Assembly: GCA_000934665.2 (NCBI GenBank) | Contig: JYFJ02001285.1 | Location: forward strand, 1-64,000 | DNA length: 64,000 nt | Direction: 5' to 3' | Origin: Catajapyx aquilonaris | Taxonomy: Eukaryota | Part shown: in pieces, positions 1 to 11,900 of the stretch | How positions within the stretch are numbered: position 1 is the first letter of the stretch | Layout: each line of letters opens with the position of its first letter | Translations under genes and position numbers: made by a program | Notes under the pieces: generated by a model | The model's database searches: none | What the model was told of the DNA's origin: nothing | Seen by the model: only the letters and a program-made list of their open reading frames with translations

Positions 1-1486
1 GGGGGGGGAAATGTGAATCGGAGCAACGAACTGAGAGAAATTTCCTGTCACTCTCAGTCAGGCTACAAATGCAATCTCGGGAGAATCCGGCAACAATAAA
101 GCCGTAACCAGTGTGGTTTAAAAGCATCATCGTGAATTTCACACCGCTTTTTCCACTCTCGATTTAATTTACTGTGAAAGTGGGAATGACATTACCTTAG
201 TGTTACACCATAATTGCATTTTTTTTTAAATAAAAAACTAGTGAACCTGTTGCCAAAATGGGGCGAACATATAAATTGTATGACAGTGGCTGAGACGACC
301 CGCCGATTTACCACGTAGCAATTTTCTTCACTCATAGATGGCGCACACTCCCTCTGTACACTCCTGCCACATGTCGGTGCGGGTGATACCGGTACTATCA
401 TGTCGGACAAACATCCGACGGAGAGAATAAGCATATTAGTAGCAAAAAAAGTTGCTTTCTTTTTCTTTTTTTTTTTGAAATGGTTGCTAGGGTGAGTCGG
501 GGACACCATGTGGGGGGGCCAATGGAGCTTTTTAGAAGGCAGCAGGACCCCCCAATGAGACTATATGCCATAGAGAGTTGCGGGGGAGGAAGCCGGGTTG
601 TTGGGGATGGGGGGGTTGAGAGGAGGGGGGGTTTCCAGTCTGGCACGGGGCTTCGGCATTGATTACCAACCGGAGACTCCGGGAGGAAAGAAAGGCCCTG
701 CTGCTCCGGGTGTTGTGTGTGTGTGTAGTTCCGGAGCTCTCACATTGTGCGCAGTGTTGTGCTGAAAGTGTTAAAGGTCATCGTCGTGTGCCGGGCTTCC
801 CCCCGGATTTTATATACCTATATAGAGAGGGACCAGTAAGTGTTATCCGCGGAGACGCCTGTATTGATCCGATACGTGTGACAAAATGTTCAATATATCC
901 AACGTTTCACCTACTTTTGTGCTCGATAGTTCCGGATGCTGCATTCCAACCTTTCTTTTTGTGTACTCTCCGTGTGTGTGTGTGTGTGAGCATAGCAGAG
1001 CTGGTGGCCTGCTTTATCTCAACATACACACACAGAGAGAGAAAAAAACCTAAAGTTAGCTCCACGTACCGGACAGCTGTCGTCAACAAAGTTTCACATC
1101 GTCGCACTTAGGACACGCACCTTGGGAGAAAAATAATAATATTCGGTGTCAGGTTCGGTTGGAGCTAAATAATAATAGACTTAATAATTTCGCCTCACTT
1201 CCGGCGCAGTTTGGGCATGTGTTTATATACAAAAGGTATAATTTTCGTCCCACTGCTATAGTTACTGCTAATATAGCAGCAACTACAAGTAGCACCCAAA
1301 GTAAATGAAAATTAGGTTGTTGCCCAGTTTGGTTATGGAAATCCGCTGCATTCTTGTGCTAGATTTTTTTCTTCTTCTTCTCTCTCTCCAAATCCGACTA
1401 ACACCGTCTGGTACAAACCCGATAGTGTAAATATTTACAGGAGGTTTTCCTATACATGGGAAATCCATTAAGGTCCCCCCCCCCTC

Positions 1487-1633
1487 CCCCCTCCGGTTGT
1501 GGGTCACATCCTCCTGCAATTACGCAACAATTAAAACACATTGGCTAGAAATACCNCCCCCCCCCCCCCTCCGGTTGTGGGTCACATCCTCCTGCAATTA
1601 CGCAACAATTAAAACATATTGGCTAGAAATACC
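1487..1633. repeat. Direct duplication, 2 x ~78 bp
   Basis: (C)n-TCCGGTTGTGGGTCACATCCTCCTGCAATTACGCAACAATTAAAACAYATTGGCTAGAAATACC at 1491 and again at 1569; an N sits in the poly-C junction (1556). Confidence 0.85.
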
Positions 1634-2244
1634 GCTTGTTGTCCCTTTTGTTGCTTTGCTCTTTTTTTTTTATATAAATATATAATAACGGGTCTGAATG
1701 TGGTCTGAATGAAAATATGTGACAAGCGGCATTCCGGCCCAATTACCTTCGTACTTATGGAACCGCACCTTTTTTTTTTTGTATACCTCGTACTTTTGCA
1801 CATAGGACCTACTACTGTGAATTGGGACGTTAACTCCTGTTGTGTCGCATCACGCTATAACAATGCTCCACATTTTTTGAGATGTGGGCCAATTCTGACC
1901 TTGCCCCTCCTTTTTTTTTTTTTTCGGGGTGGGTAATATTTTTGGCACCCATCCTCTCGTCCCTATAAAGACTCCCCGGATAACAGACTACAGAGGACGT
2001 GACCATAAATTGCCTCCGGGGAATTTTCGCAAGGGTCAAAGTCCTCGGGAGGGATGCTGTGGATCCATTGGAGAATTCGGCAGGATCCATACAGTGCGTG
2101 GGCGTAGTCTGGGTGTGCCAAGTGCGCATGGCCCATATTATTTTTTTGTTAAAAAAAAATCGGTGATTTAGATTATGATTGTAAACTAAATCGCACAAAA
2201 AATTATTTGAGGATAATTACAATAATGTATTATTCACCTTGGTA

Positions 2245-2593
2245 ATAATAATAATAATAATAATAATTGATTGGGTATTCGGCTAGCCCCAGAGGGGCCT
2301 TCTGCCAGACCTTTATTTCGATGGTACAATTTTTGGGAATCCTATTTTTGAAGCGCCCGGGCCCACGGGCAGGATGACAGGAGGGGATGTGCAAAGTGCA
2401 GTGAATCTGACGCTGTGGCCATTTTTAGTGAACTCCCCCGGGTGGTCTAGTCTGTAGGATATACCACCCGAGACGAAGCCAGAGGTGACCCTGAACTCTG
2501 CACGAGATGAAGGGGGTGTCCCCGGGCTGGGATCGAACCCGGGACCTTAACATCCGTGGGCGCGCACGTTACCGCGGCGCCACTCCGTCTCCC
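2245..2593 (-). mobile_element. tRNA-derived SINE with (ATT)n tail and 12-bp target-site duplication
   Basis: Minus strand starts GGGAGACGGAG-TGGCGCCGCGG (A-box-like, 2582-2572) ... GGTTCGATCCC (B box, 2539-2529); 3' stem-loop GCCCC-TCT-GGGGC then (ATT)n tail; flanked by identical TTCACCTTGGTA at 2233-2244 and 2594-2605. Confidence 0.9.
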
Positions 2594-2989
2594 TTCACCT
2601 TGGTATAGTTCCTATAGTAGCCGGCTTATTGCGCTATAGGACTATCAAGGTGAAGGTTATGAGAGTAGTGTGCTAATTGTTTGAACTTTTTCGGACGTAA
2701 CTTGGGCTCAAGGGAGGTTCATGATAGCGTGACGTCACGCTCGAAAACTGTAATAAAACTATGTTTTGCGGTGGAAAGCACCGGGTCCAAAAAAAAAAAG
2801 CAGGAGGCAAAGATGCCCCTAAACCATGTCTACAAGGTCAAAAAAAAAAAAATAGGCAACTGCAACCAAGAAGTTGCAATAACTATTTGCAGTGTACACA
2901 ACCATCAAAGTACACATTGATAATTGTTAGTACTATCAGCGCAATAAAATACTAATGTTGCTTCCATCTCTTTATTGCAGGTGTAAATA

Positions 2990-5900
2990 ATGGCGGACAG
3001 TGCGGTGTCATCGAAGGGGAAGAAAGTGAGTACAGGTGATGAGTACGTTGAATGCAATGGCTATTCGTCGCTGAGCATTGACGCTGACTCCCTGGAAGCT
3101 AACAATCCCTTGATCCCAAACCCCGCTGATAACAATGACCAAAACGGAGAGCTGGGCTTTGTCCCACCGCAAGATGATGGCCAGTCGCTACAGGAGCTGA
3201 TAGACTCGGAGCTTGCAGCGCTCAGAATAGGTGGCGATGAGCCGGTGATCCAGGAAGGTTACAGCCCCCACTCGGAGGAGGATGAGGAGGAGGAGCAGGA
3301 CAGTCTGGAAGGACCACTGCCGGTGCAGGAGTTGCAGCAGGTTGTCCCCGAGGAAGTGGAGGACCTGTATCCGGAGGAGGAGCCGGCACTGACTGCATTT
3401 GACCTGAAGGAGCTGGTGGCTCTTACACCGTCGCAGGCATCCACTATCCTGGTGGAGGACGACGTGGACCAACTGGCAGCAGCGGCTGCGGCCTTTGTCC
3501 CGGTGGACGAAGATGACCTCTTGTCTTCCCCCGACAACTCACCCAACTCACCCCCCAGTGACGACCTCTTAGGCTTCCATAACACGCATGAGGTAGAGAC
3601 TGTTGAGGACCCTGTGTGCGCTGTGGATGTGTGTGACACCTACCCAGACAGCCCTAACCTGTCACCCACTATCGAGGCCGGTATTAACGAGTCAATCGAC
3701 GAAGACAACATGGACCATGCCATCATGGAGGATGGCGAAGAGCCGGAGGAGGAGGAGGAGCAGGAGGTGCCGGAAGTGGATGAAATTGACATGACTGCCG
3801 TGCAATACGAAACCCCTTTCCTGCAAGAAGTGGTCGAGGAGGACTTCAAGCAGGATTTCCAGGAGACGCAGGAAATGGAGTCGATTGACCAGCCACTAAT
3901 TCCGGTCGTGGTCAATCTGCTTCATGACGATGAACCCTTCGTCACACTGCATGATGAAAGTGCTTCCACTAGCCCTACTACCACTGATGAGTCTGATGTA
4001 AGTCCGTCTAATTACATGTCAGCTTCTCTTTGTGCCCCATTGTCCTGTGTCTTAAGTGTCTTAATTACGTGTGTTCTAATTAGTATATAGTCCTGGGAGA
4101 GGAAAAAAAAAGAAAAGAAAAAGTGGGACACATCCACATCATCTCTTGTTGAATCATTACGCCACGTTACTTTTTTGTGCTGCGGTGTTATTAAAAGCGA
4201 TTGGTTCAATACACAGATGGAGCAGCAGTCATTAGGCGAGGAGAAGGAGAAGGTGTCTTCCAAGAAGAAGAAGAGTGATGGCGAAGGCAAAGAGAAGAAG
4301 AAGAAGAAGAGCAAGAAGTCACATGAGAAGGAAAACATCTCAATGGTGAGCATACATATCGGGTCGAATGGGGTCGATTCCCACAGCTTTTCACTCGCAC
4401 GTCGCATACGAGTGCCCGGAGGCCAACACCTCCCCATTGCCTCTGGGTAGTGGTCAGTAGTGGCCCAAAGGTATGACGGAATGCGAGGAATCCCTTCACG
4501 CTAGGCTTCACTTATCCGTCTGAAATGTGAGGAGACACACTATGTGAGCTGCTGAAGGAAAAGCTGGGGGAAGCCACCCGTGACTCCTGCTTTACTTGCA
4601 AGCTTGGGCTTTCTCATGTCATGCAGACCGGACCTACGTAGTGTGGGGGCCTTTTTTCTATGCTACACTGCCGGCAACTGCCAAGGTGGCAGGTTGTTGA
4701 CACAATTTAGTCCTCCCGAAAAAGTTGTGGTTTTTTTTTTTAAGTGTGTGAGGAAATCAGAGTGTTTGTGGGTCCATATGAGTGCGTGCGTGTTAGGAAT
4801 GGGACCGAGGTGGTGGTGGTGGTGGTAGTGAGGCTCATGGATCATCTCCAATCGCCTGTGCTGGTGCAACAAATTGTCAAATCACTCATGAGTTACGCCA
4901 GTGGTCATAAACATGCGGTTTTTCTCACTGTGGTAAGTATAGGTTGTTCAAAATATAGGAAGGGGGAGGGAGCTGGGGGAGAAACAGGTAATTGGTACTC
5001 GGCATGAGAATTTTTGCAGTGTTTTTGAGGCAATTTGTAGTGATAATGCCGCTTTGGTGCATGCGCCTAAGTGCAATCCATTCGAATTGAGGCTAATCTC
5101 GTTTTATAATTCCTCACCTGTTAACAAATGTACTAAAAAGTACCTCCCTTCCTTTTTTTATTTCAACACAGGAAAATGAATTTTGTTCAGACTCTGACGA
5201 TATTAAGTCGCCATTAAAAGAATCCTTTGAGACAGGGATCTCCATCACTGAATTGGTATGTTGATTTACGACAGTTTTTCTCACCACTTTTTATCAAAAG
5301 ATAAAATAATTACCTAATCAGTGGGGTAATTGGGGGAGGTTATCATGTCGTTCATTCATAATTCATCTTACATGTGCACGCCCTTTTTTTTTTTTTTTCA
5401 AAAAAAAATTGTTTTCCTCTTACACTAATTTTTCGTAACGTACCTTTTCTACATGTGTGTGCCTGTGTAGTTTGATTGTAGACTGCATGTTTTTTTTTGT
5501 TTTTTTTTTATTGCTAGAAAAATATGTTTACCAATGGAACTCAGTGTGCTGCACGAGAAGAAATACCTGGAATGAAAGAGACAATTGAAACAGGAGTATC
5601 TATCAAAACGTTGGTAAGTTTCTTGTTGAGCTGCACCATTTTCAGTTTTGTAGACGAGCATGATTTGAACAAAAAAAAAAAACATCCTTCTCTTTTCGTA
5701 TCAGTTTGGTTTTACGCCTGTTTTTAAGGTGACATGTCGTGACTGAATAATCTCTTAATGGATACCTCGTAACCTTCACATTTTAAAGCTACAGCGTTAC
5801 GGTTATTGAATATTTTGATTGGTGCTAGTGCAGGATTTCGCCACATTGTTTGGTAAAGAAAATTGTTATGAATTGCTCAGGAAGGATTTATAAGATTGCC

Positions 5901-8900
5901 TATTAGACTTAATGCTGCTGCATTTTATGACATCTCAAACAACATGACAATGTCCGCAACAAGTAGAGTGGTTTTGTGTCCTACCTTGAACATTACGACG
6001 AGGTATCTATTCAGGACGACAATGACCTATGCTAAGAATACTATCAGTTACTTTGCACAGTGGAGCATTTTATCTCGTTATCAGCGATCAAGGACGCTTC
6101 TTTTTATATATATAAAGTTGCAAGTAATCCCTCTTTGCAGGGGGGCATACGTTTTCTTTGTAACAATTTGAGAAGTTTGTGTGTGTGTCTTGCGTCTTGT
6201 GTGTTCTTATGTTTTGTTCTTGTTTGCATTTTTGCATGAGCAGAAGTCAGTCTACAATAATCAAATCCAAAAAGAGAATGAGATAATGCCTGCCATTCTG
6301 GATGATGAGTTGTCTGGAGTATCGCTTAAGATTTTGGTAAGTTGGCTAGTTATCATCTCATTAACCAATGGTAATGGGGGACACGGAGCATATTTTTTGA
6401 GGTGTTCAATCGACTAATTTGTTACGGCATGGATTGATGTTCGTCATTATGCATTTTGCTTTCTTAGCGAGAGACTTACTGCAATCAGGCAGCAAAGAGC
6501 ACATCAAAACACTCCATTTGCGAGGAAAACATTGACACTGGAGTTTCTATCAGAGAGCTGGTGAGTTTCATTTTTTTTTTTTTTGTACAGTTTAAATGCT
6601 CAGGATTGGGTCAAAAAAACAATTAATGTGCATGGCATGCACTATCGTTTATATCCTGGTGCTTGAACTAACTGTTAATGCTAAGCACTCTCTAGTGCCA
6701 GCAATCGTCAAGCTCAGAAGACATTTCTGGGGACTCGGTTAAAATACCAAAGAGCGAGGAGGAGATATTCAAGGGTGTTTCTGTCGCAGACTTGGTAAGC
6801 ATGGCCACTACAAAATGGGCGCTTTTACATGTCCTAACAAAGCGTGTGTGTGTGTAACTAACTATATTCTACTAACAGCGGAGGAGTTTTGGAGACTTAA
6901 CTTATTTGACCGATGACAACTTGCGCAGAAGCTCATCCGTTGACAAGGAGCTGAACGATATTAAAGTTTCAGTGAAAGCGCTAGTGAGTTTTTTTAAATG
7001 AATTTCCTGAATAATATCACTGCTTCAAGTGCGATTGGCACTGGGAGCACTGAGCTGTACATATAATATTTATTTTGTTGAAAATCATGCATGAGCTTTG
7101 CAGTTTTTTTTTTTTTTTTGCAAGCAAGTAGAATATTTTGCTTGTGCTTGTGACGAATGGCTTGCTAACATGACTAACATGTACTAATGCATTGCTACAT
7201 AGAGAGCGAGCTATGGTGACTTATCCAGGCTTGAGGATTTCCCACCGCAAGAGAATGCGCTTCGTAAAACAGTGTCCACACCCAGGCTTTCAAAACCATC
7301 GAACGGATGGGTAAGTCGCATTGAGGACAGATCTCAGAATGGCATGTCACTCGGGGGGGGGAAGGTAAAGGGATTTGTGGTGAATGGTGTCGTTTGCGTG
7401 GTGGTCAGGAGGTAAGTATGGGATGTACTTGTACACTTTTTGGGAGGACTGAATAGACTTGAGGTGCTTGAAGAACTGCACTGATGCATTTCCAATGAAG
7501 CCGCCAGTGGACGCAACACTAGTCGGATATCAATCTTCATCAGTGGTGTGTAAACAAGTCTTAGACTGATTGGTGTTGCGGCCAAGGGCTGCGTCTGCCA
7601 GAAATGTAACGAGGCAATTGAAAGAGTGGGAGGGTTTTACTGTTCACGTCGTGCAAACCTATCCCGTTGAATACACGGACTGTAGAAAGTGCCATTGCAT
7701 GCCAGGCTTATCAGGCAGCCACCGACTTGTCAAAATTAAGAAAGCATGCCTTTCTTGTAAGTTGTCACAGCTGCATGCTGATAGTAGCCGGTGGCAAGTA
7801 TTGAAAACATTGCACCAGTCAAGGCATGTTGCCAAGGTGCAGCCTGCATTAAGGCTTCCCCCGGCACTGTACAATGGCACTTGAACAATTGTTATTCAAC
7901 TGGAGTTTTATCTGAGCAGCTGATGGAGGGGGTTATTTCACTGAAAGTCAATAGCGTCAAGACCTGGTATCTATAGTCTCATGTTCTCATGGCAGTTATC
8001 TTCTTTTTCCCCCCTCCCATCCTTTAGCGATCGAGCTTCAACAAGTTTGACCAGCTGTCTAAGAAAACATTCTTGCATGTCCGATCCTATGACCCAAGCA
8101 AGGTTCAGCAGCAGTTTAGTGAGGTAAAAAGCAGAAAATGTCCGACGGGAAAAAACTAACAGTCATGCGATATCCTCTGTACTGCCTTGCAACTAACCTT
8201 TCAGCATGTGCTACTCATCTGAAAATTAATTTTTCAGCGTATATATTTTTTTAAAGCTTTCTAATGCAATTTTTTACTTAACAATGGTGAAGAGAAATGT
8301 TTCATGACAGATGATTATCAAAACTCTTGAGCTGTCTATGAGAAAAATAATAAAAAAAAGTAAGTTGTTTTTTGCTACTAAACCCAGTAGGGAAATTTTA
8401 TTCGTAAGCATGAAAATTCGCAGTTAGGAATTAATTATTTTGCGACGATATGAACTTCACAAATTGTCACAAGAGCTCAGTTTTAATAATCACTTGTCAT
8501 GCGTTGTAGGATGTGCAATATTTTGTGGAAATGGATTTTTTTTTTACCAAAGTGTGTGAAATTTATCAAATATACTAGTGTTTGATCCCAGCCTGTAATA
8601 ATCGCACTAACCCGATATTTACAAATTTTCCACAGGAGAATTTCCCTTTGTATGCGCTTCTGGACAAGCATGCCAACGTAAGTCATGCCCAAGGGACTTT
8701 TTGCGCCCTTTGTAATTAACTAAAGCAGAAGCTGTGGCATAATTTCTTTTTAAAACCAGGTGAACTGAAACACTTACATTTTTCTCCCCCCTCCCTCATC
8801 TTCTCTTTCAGCAAGCTGGAACTGAAGAGGTGACCAACAATTGCAAAAAATGTGGCAAGCCTGTGTTCCAGATGGAGCTGATCAAAGCGGAAAAGGCAGA

Positions 8901-11900
8901 CTGGCACAAGAATTGCTTCCGATGCAAGGAGTGCAGCAAGCAGCTAACGTAAGTCAAGAGTACGAGGAACGTGAGGAAAAAGATCCTCGATGCAAAACGA
9001 TCCTACATTTACAATATATCATTTAGAGGAGATGGTTTCCATCCTGGCTCGAGTGTGCATGAAGCAATTAATTACGAGCAGATCATGAGCCGTAATGCGT
9101 GAGACAAATTGGGAGCATTCGTCAAGTATGTAATGATGGCAATGGATTGGCCAACCATGATGCTCGGTAGTTAAGGTGAAAATATTGATGGATAGTTAGT
9201 AATATTTTTACCGAAATATTGATAGGATGCTCCCAAAGTATATACGCTGACATAATACTGTATAAGCCTAATTGCTGCCATTCACCATACAATTACTTCC
9301 AAGAATGATGTCTACAGCATATCGTCGGTGATCATGCAAAACCTCGTATCTCCTGCAAAAACCAATGGAACATACGAGGTTTTGCGCGATCACCGACGAT
9401 ATGGCAAAGGAATCATCTTACCCCGAAGCAGTTACTGACAACCTTGTATTGACCTCTAATTATTATCAGTAATGTAATGACTGACCCACTAAGGCAAGTG
9501 GTAAACACTCAACTAAACGAACACGGCTCATTCACATGATTTTCCAGGCATGACTTACGTTTTGGCATGGAAACCATCAGTAATCTACTGCATATGCGTT
9601 ATGAAAATGTGGAAGGGGGCTTTCCATATTGCTGGGTAGACCCCTTTGATAGTTACATGTACGAGTACATTCTCGCGGATGTGATGGAACATATTCAGTA
9701 TTGCAAACGCGCCTTTTGCTTCCTGGTATAGTAAACCAGTTTTGTGCATCTCATAAGGACAGGCGAGTTTTTCTACCACAATCAGCAGAAACATGATGTA
9801 AGAAAAATGCCTGGAATGTCGGGCTTTTCTGGGAAGAAATGAATACAATCTGTGATGTAACGCTTGAGAAGGAGGCCTTTTAAGTCGTGGATGTTGTTAT
9901 TAATTCCACGACATCCATTGGTTTCGCTACTGACGAACCCTTAAAATGCTGTCACTTCCATGTGCCCTAACAGACGAAATGTGTGCATATTGACAGTCGT
10001 TAATTTTGCAAATATTTCCACACAGGATGGACATATACAGCAGTCATGAAGGTGAACTCTACTGCAAGCCTCACTTCAAAGAGCTATTCAAACCTAAGGC
10101 GGTTGTGGAGGATGACATTCATCCAGGTGAGCGTCACGCTCGACTACTACAATATTGAACCACCTTGTACGCCTCCGATATGTAATTAACAATTATGTTT
10201 TAAATCAGTTCGTCACAGGAAACCCGAGATGATCATCCGTGAGAGCCAGCCGATGGAGCTTCCTCCTGACGTGATCAGAAGTGAGTATCTGTCATGCTTC
10301 ACTTATTGCAGTGCTTGCTGTAGCCGAGTGACTAATGCAAAAGCCTCCCGATAAAAATGGTAGCAGATGTTAATGGGAATGTGGGCAGGGCGTGGAGAAA
10401 GTGGGGGGGGGGGGGTGTCCCAAGTCCACAGTGTCAAGTGCATTTTTGCATAATTTTGCAGCCGAGGTAATTTGCAAAGGGGGCAAGGAACTTGATTGTG
10501 GGTGGCGGACGTCAATTAATTCAATTGCGCCCTCAGCAATTATAATCCCAGTGACATTCTTTCGCTGCTCTCTTTTGCTCCTGACGCAACTTGATGTGGG
10601 GACAGGGCAAGTAGTTCAGCTCTTTTTTTTTATTTAGGGAAGATGCTTTTGTTTGAAGTGATGAGCTATTATGTGGAAAGTAACAAGAAAAGACGTGAGC
10701 GGATAAGCATTTGATATGGGCTGCGGCCTACTTGGAAGCCTCGCCCTGTAGGTGACTTAAAGTGCGGTTTGGGGCTTTAATGTGTGGGCCTTCTCATAGA
10801 GGCTTCTCAGGGAAGTAAGGTTTCCTCGAAGGATGTGATAATTCTTTAGCGGTTGTGTCAGATATTGTGGCCCCGTTAGGAAATGCGTGGTTACTCGGTG
10901 TGCGTTTCTGGAAAGGCAAATTGAAGGTGATGTTTGATCGCAAGTGCAAATGAAGCGTGCAAACAAAATGTAAGCACGTCTGGTATGTTGTGGACACACA
11001 GAATGACTGCACCCTTCTTGCAATTAAGAAATGGGTGTTATTCAACAGACCTTATCGCATTTGAACCGTAAAAAAAATAAATTTTTACGGCAGGTGACGC
11101 TTCACCGGCTTTATCATCCTGGCTTTCCACTTACGTTTCCTTTTTAGATACGGCAGCCGTGCTTCATTGGAGTTGTGTGAAATATGCTTTCAGAAAATAT
11201 TAATGCCAAGCAAGGAACGTTTTGACATGCAATCTTGGCATTTACGAGGAAGTGGTGCACCGTAGAGTGATTTTACCAGAAACTGCATGGAAAAAAAGAA
11301 ATCCTTTCCTTTCCCGTTTCTGCCTCAAAAATTTCGCTACAAATATCCACCATCCTTCACCCAAAAAAAAAAAGTTTCATTTTTTAAAAATAAAAGTGAG
11401 CTGCTTTCTCTAAAAAAAAAGAGGAGGGCAGGAGTGCAGCAGTGATGTGTGGCTTCATGTCAAATGGGTAATTATCCCGTTATGGCAGCAAGTTAAGGAG
11501 GACCCAACAGTGGGGAGGGGGGAAAAAAAGAAAAGAAGTTGGGGGTGGCAAAGAAGGGCTGATAAAAAGGCCCTGCTCGGGGGATGGATGGCTTTAGCTG
11601 AGGGAAAAAGGAAAAGGGAGTGGTCTTTTGTTTATAGTGGGAGGGGAGAGCTGGAGGGGGGGTTGTATCCAGGATGTGACTCCACATTGTAAACCTTTAG
11701 TATGTGCTTGGAAGCCTTGTGAAACTGGTGTTGAAATTTTTTTAAAAGTAGAAAACATGGAGCAGGAAAGCAGTTGAGTGGTTTTCGTCGAAGTGCGTTT
11801 GGATCGTGTGTGCTGATTGCGTTTCTTTCTTTGTCGTTCAGGCTGCGACAAACCGGACTACGGGCTGGAAGAGCTGTCCGCTCTGAATGTGAAGTCAAAG

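Noticed and set aside
1487..1633. 78-bp duplication as a functional repeat
   Set aside because: Junction is a poly-C run containing an N; may be an assembly artefact, although the copies differ at one base.
2510..2593. tRNA gene
   Set aside because: A/B boxes present but no acceptor stem or full cloverleaf, and it is followed by a body, tail and TSD: a SINE head.
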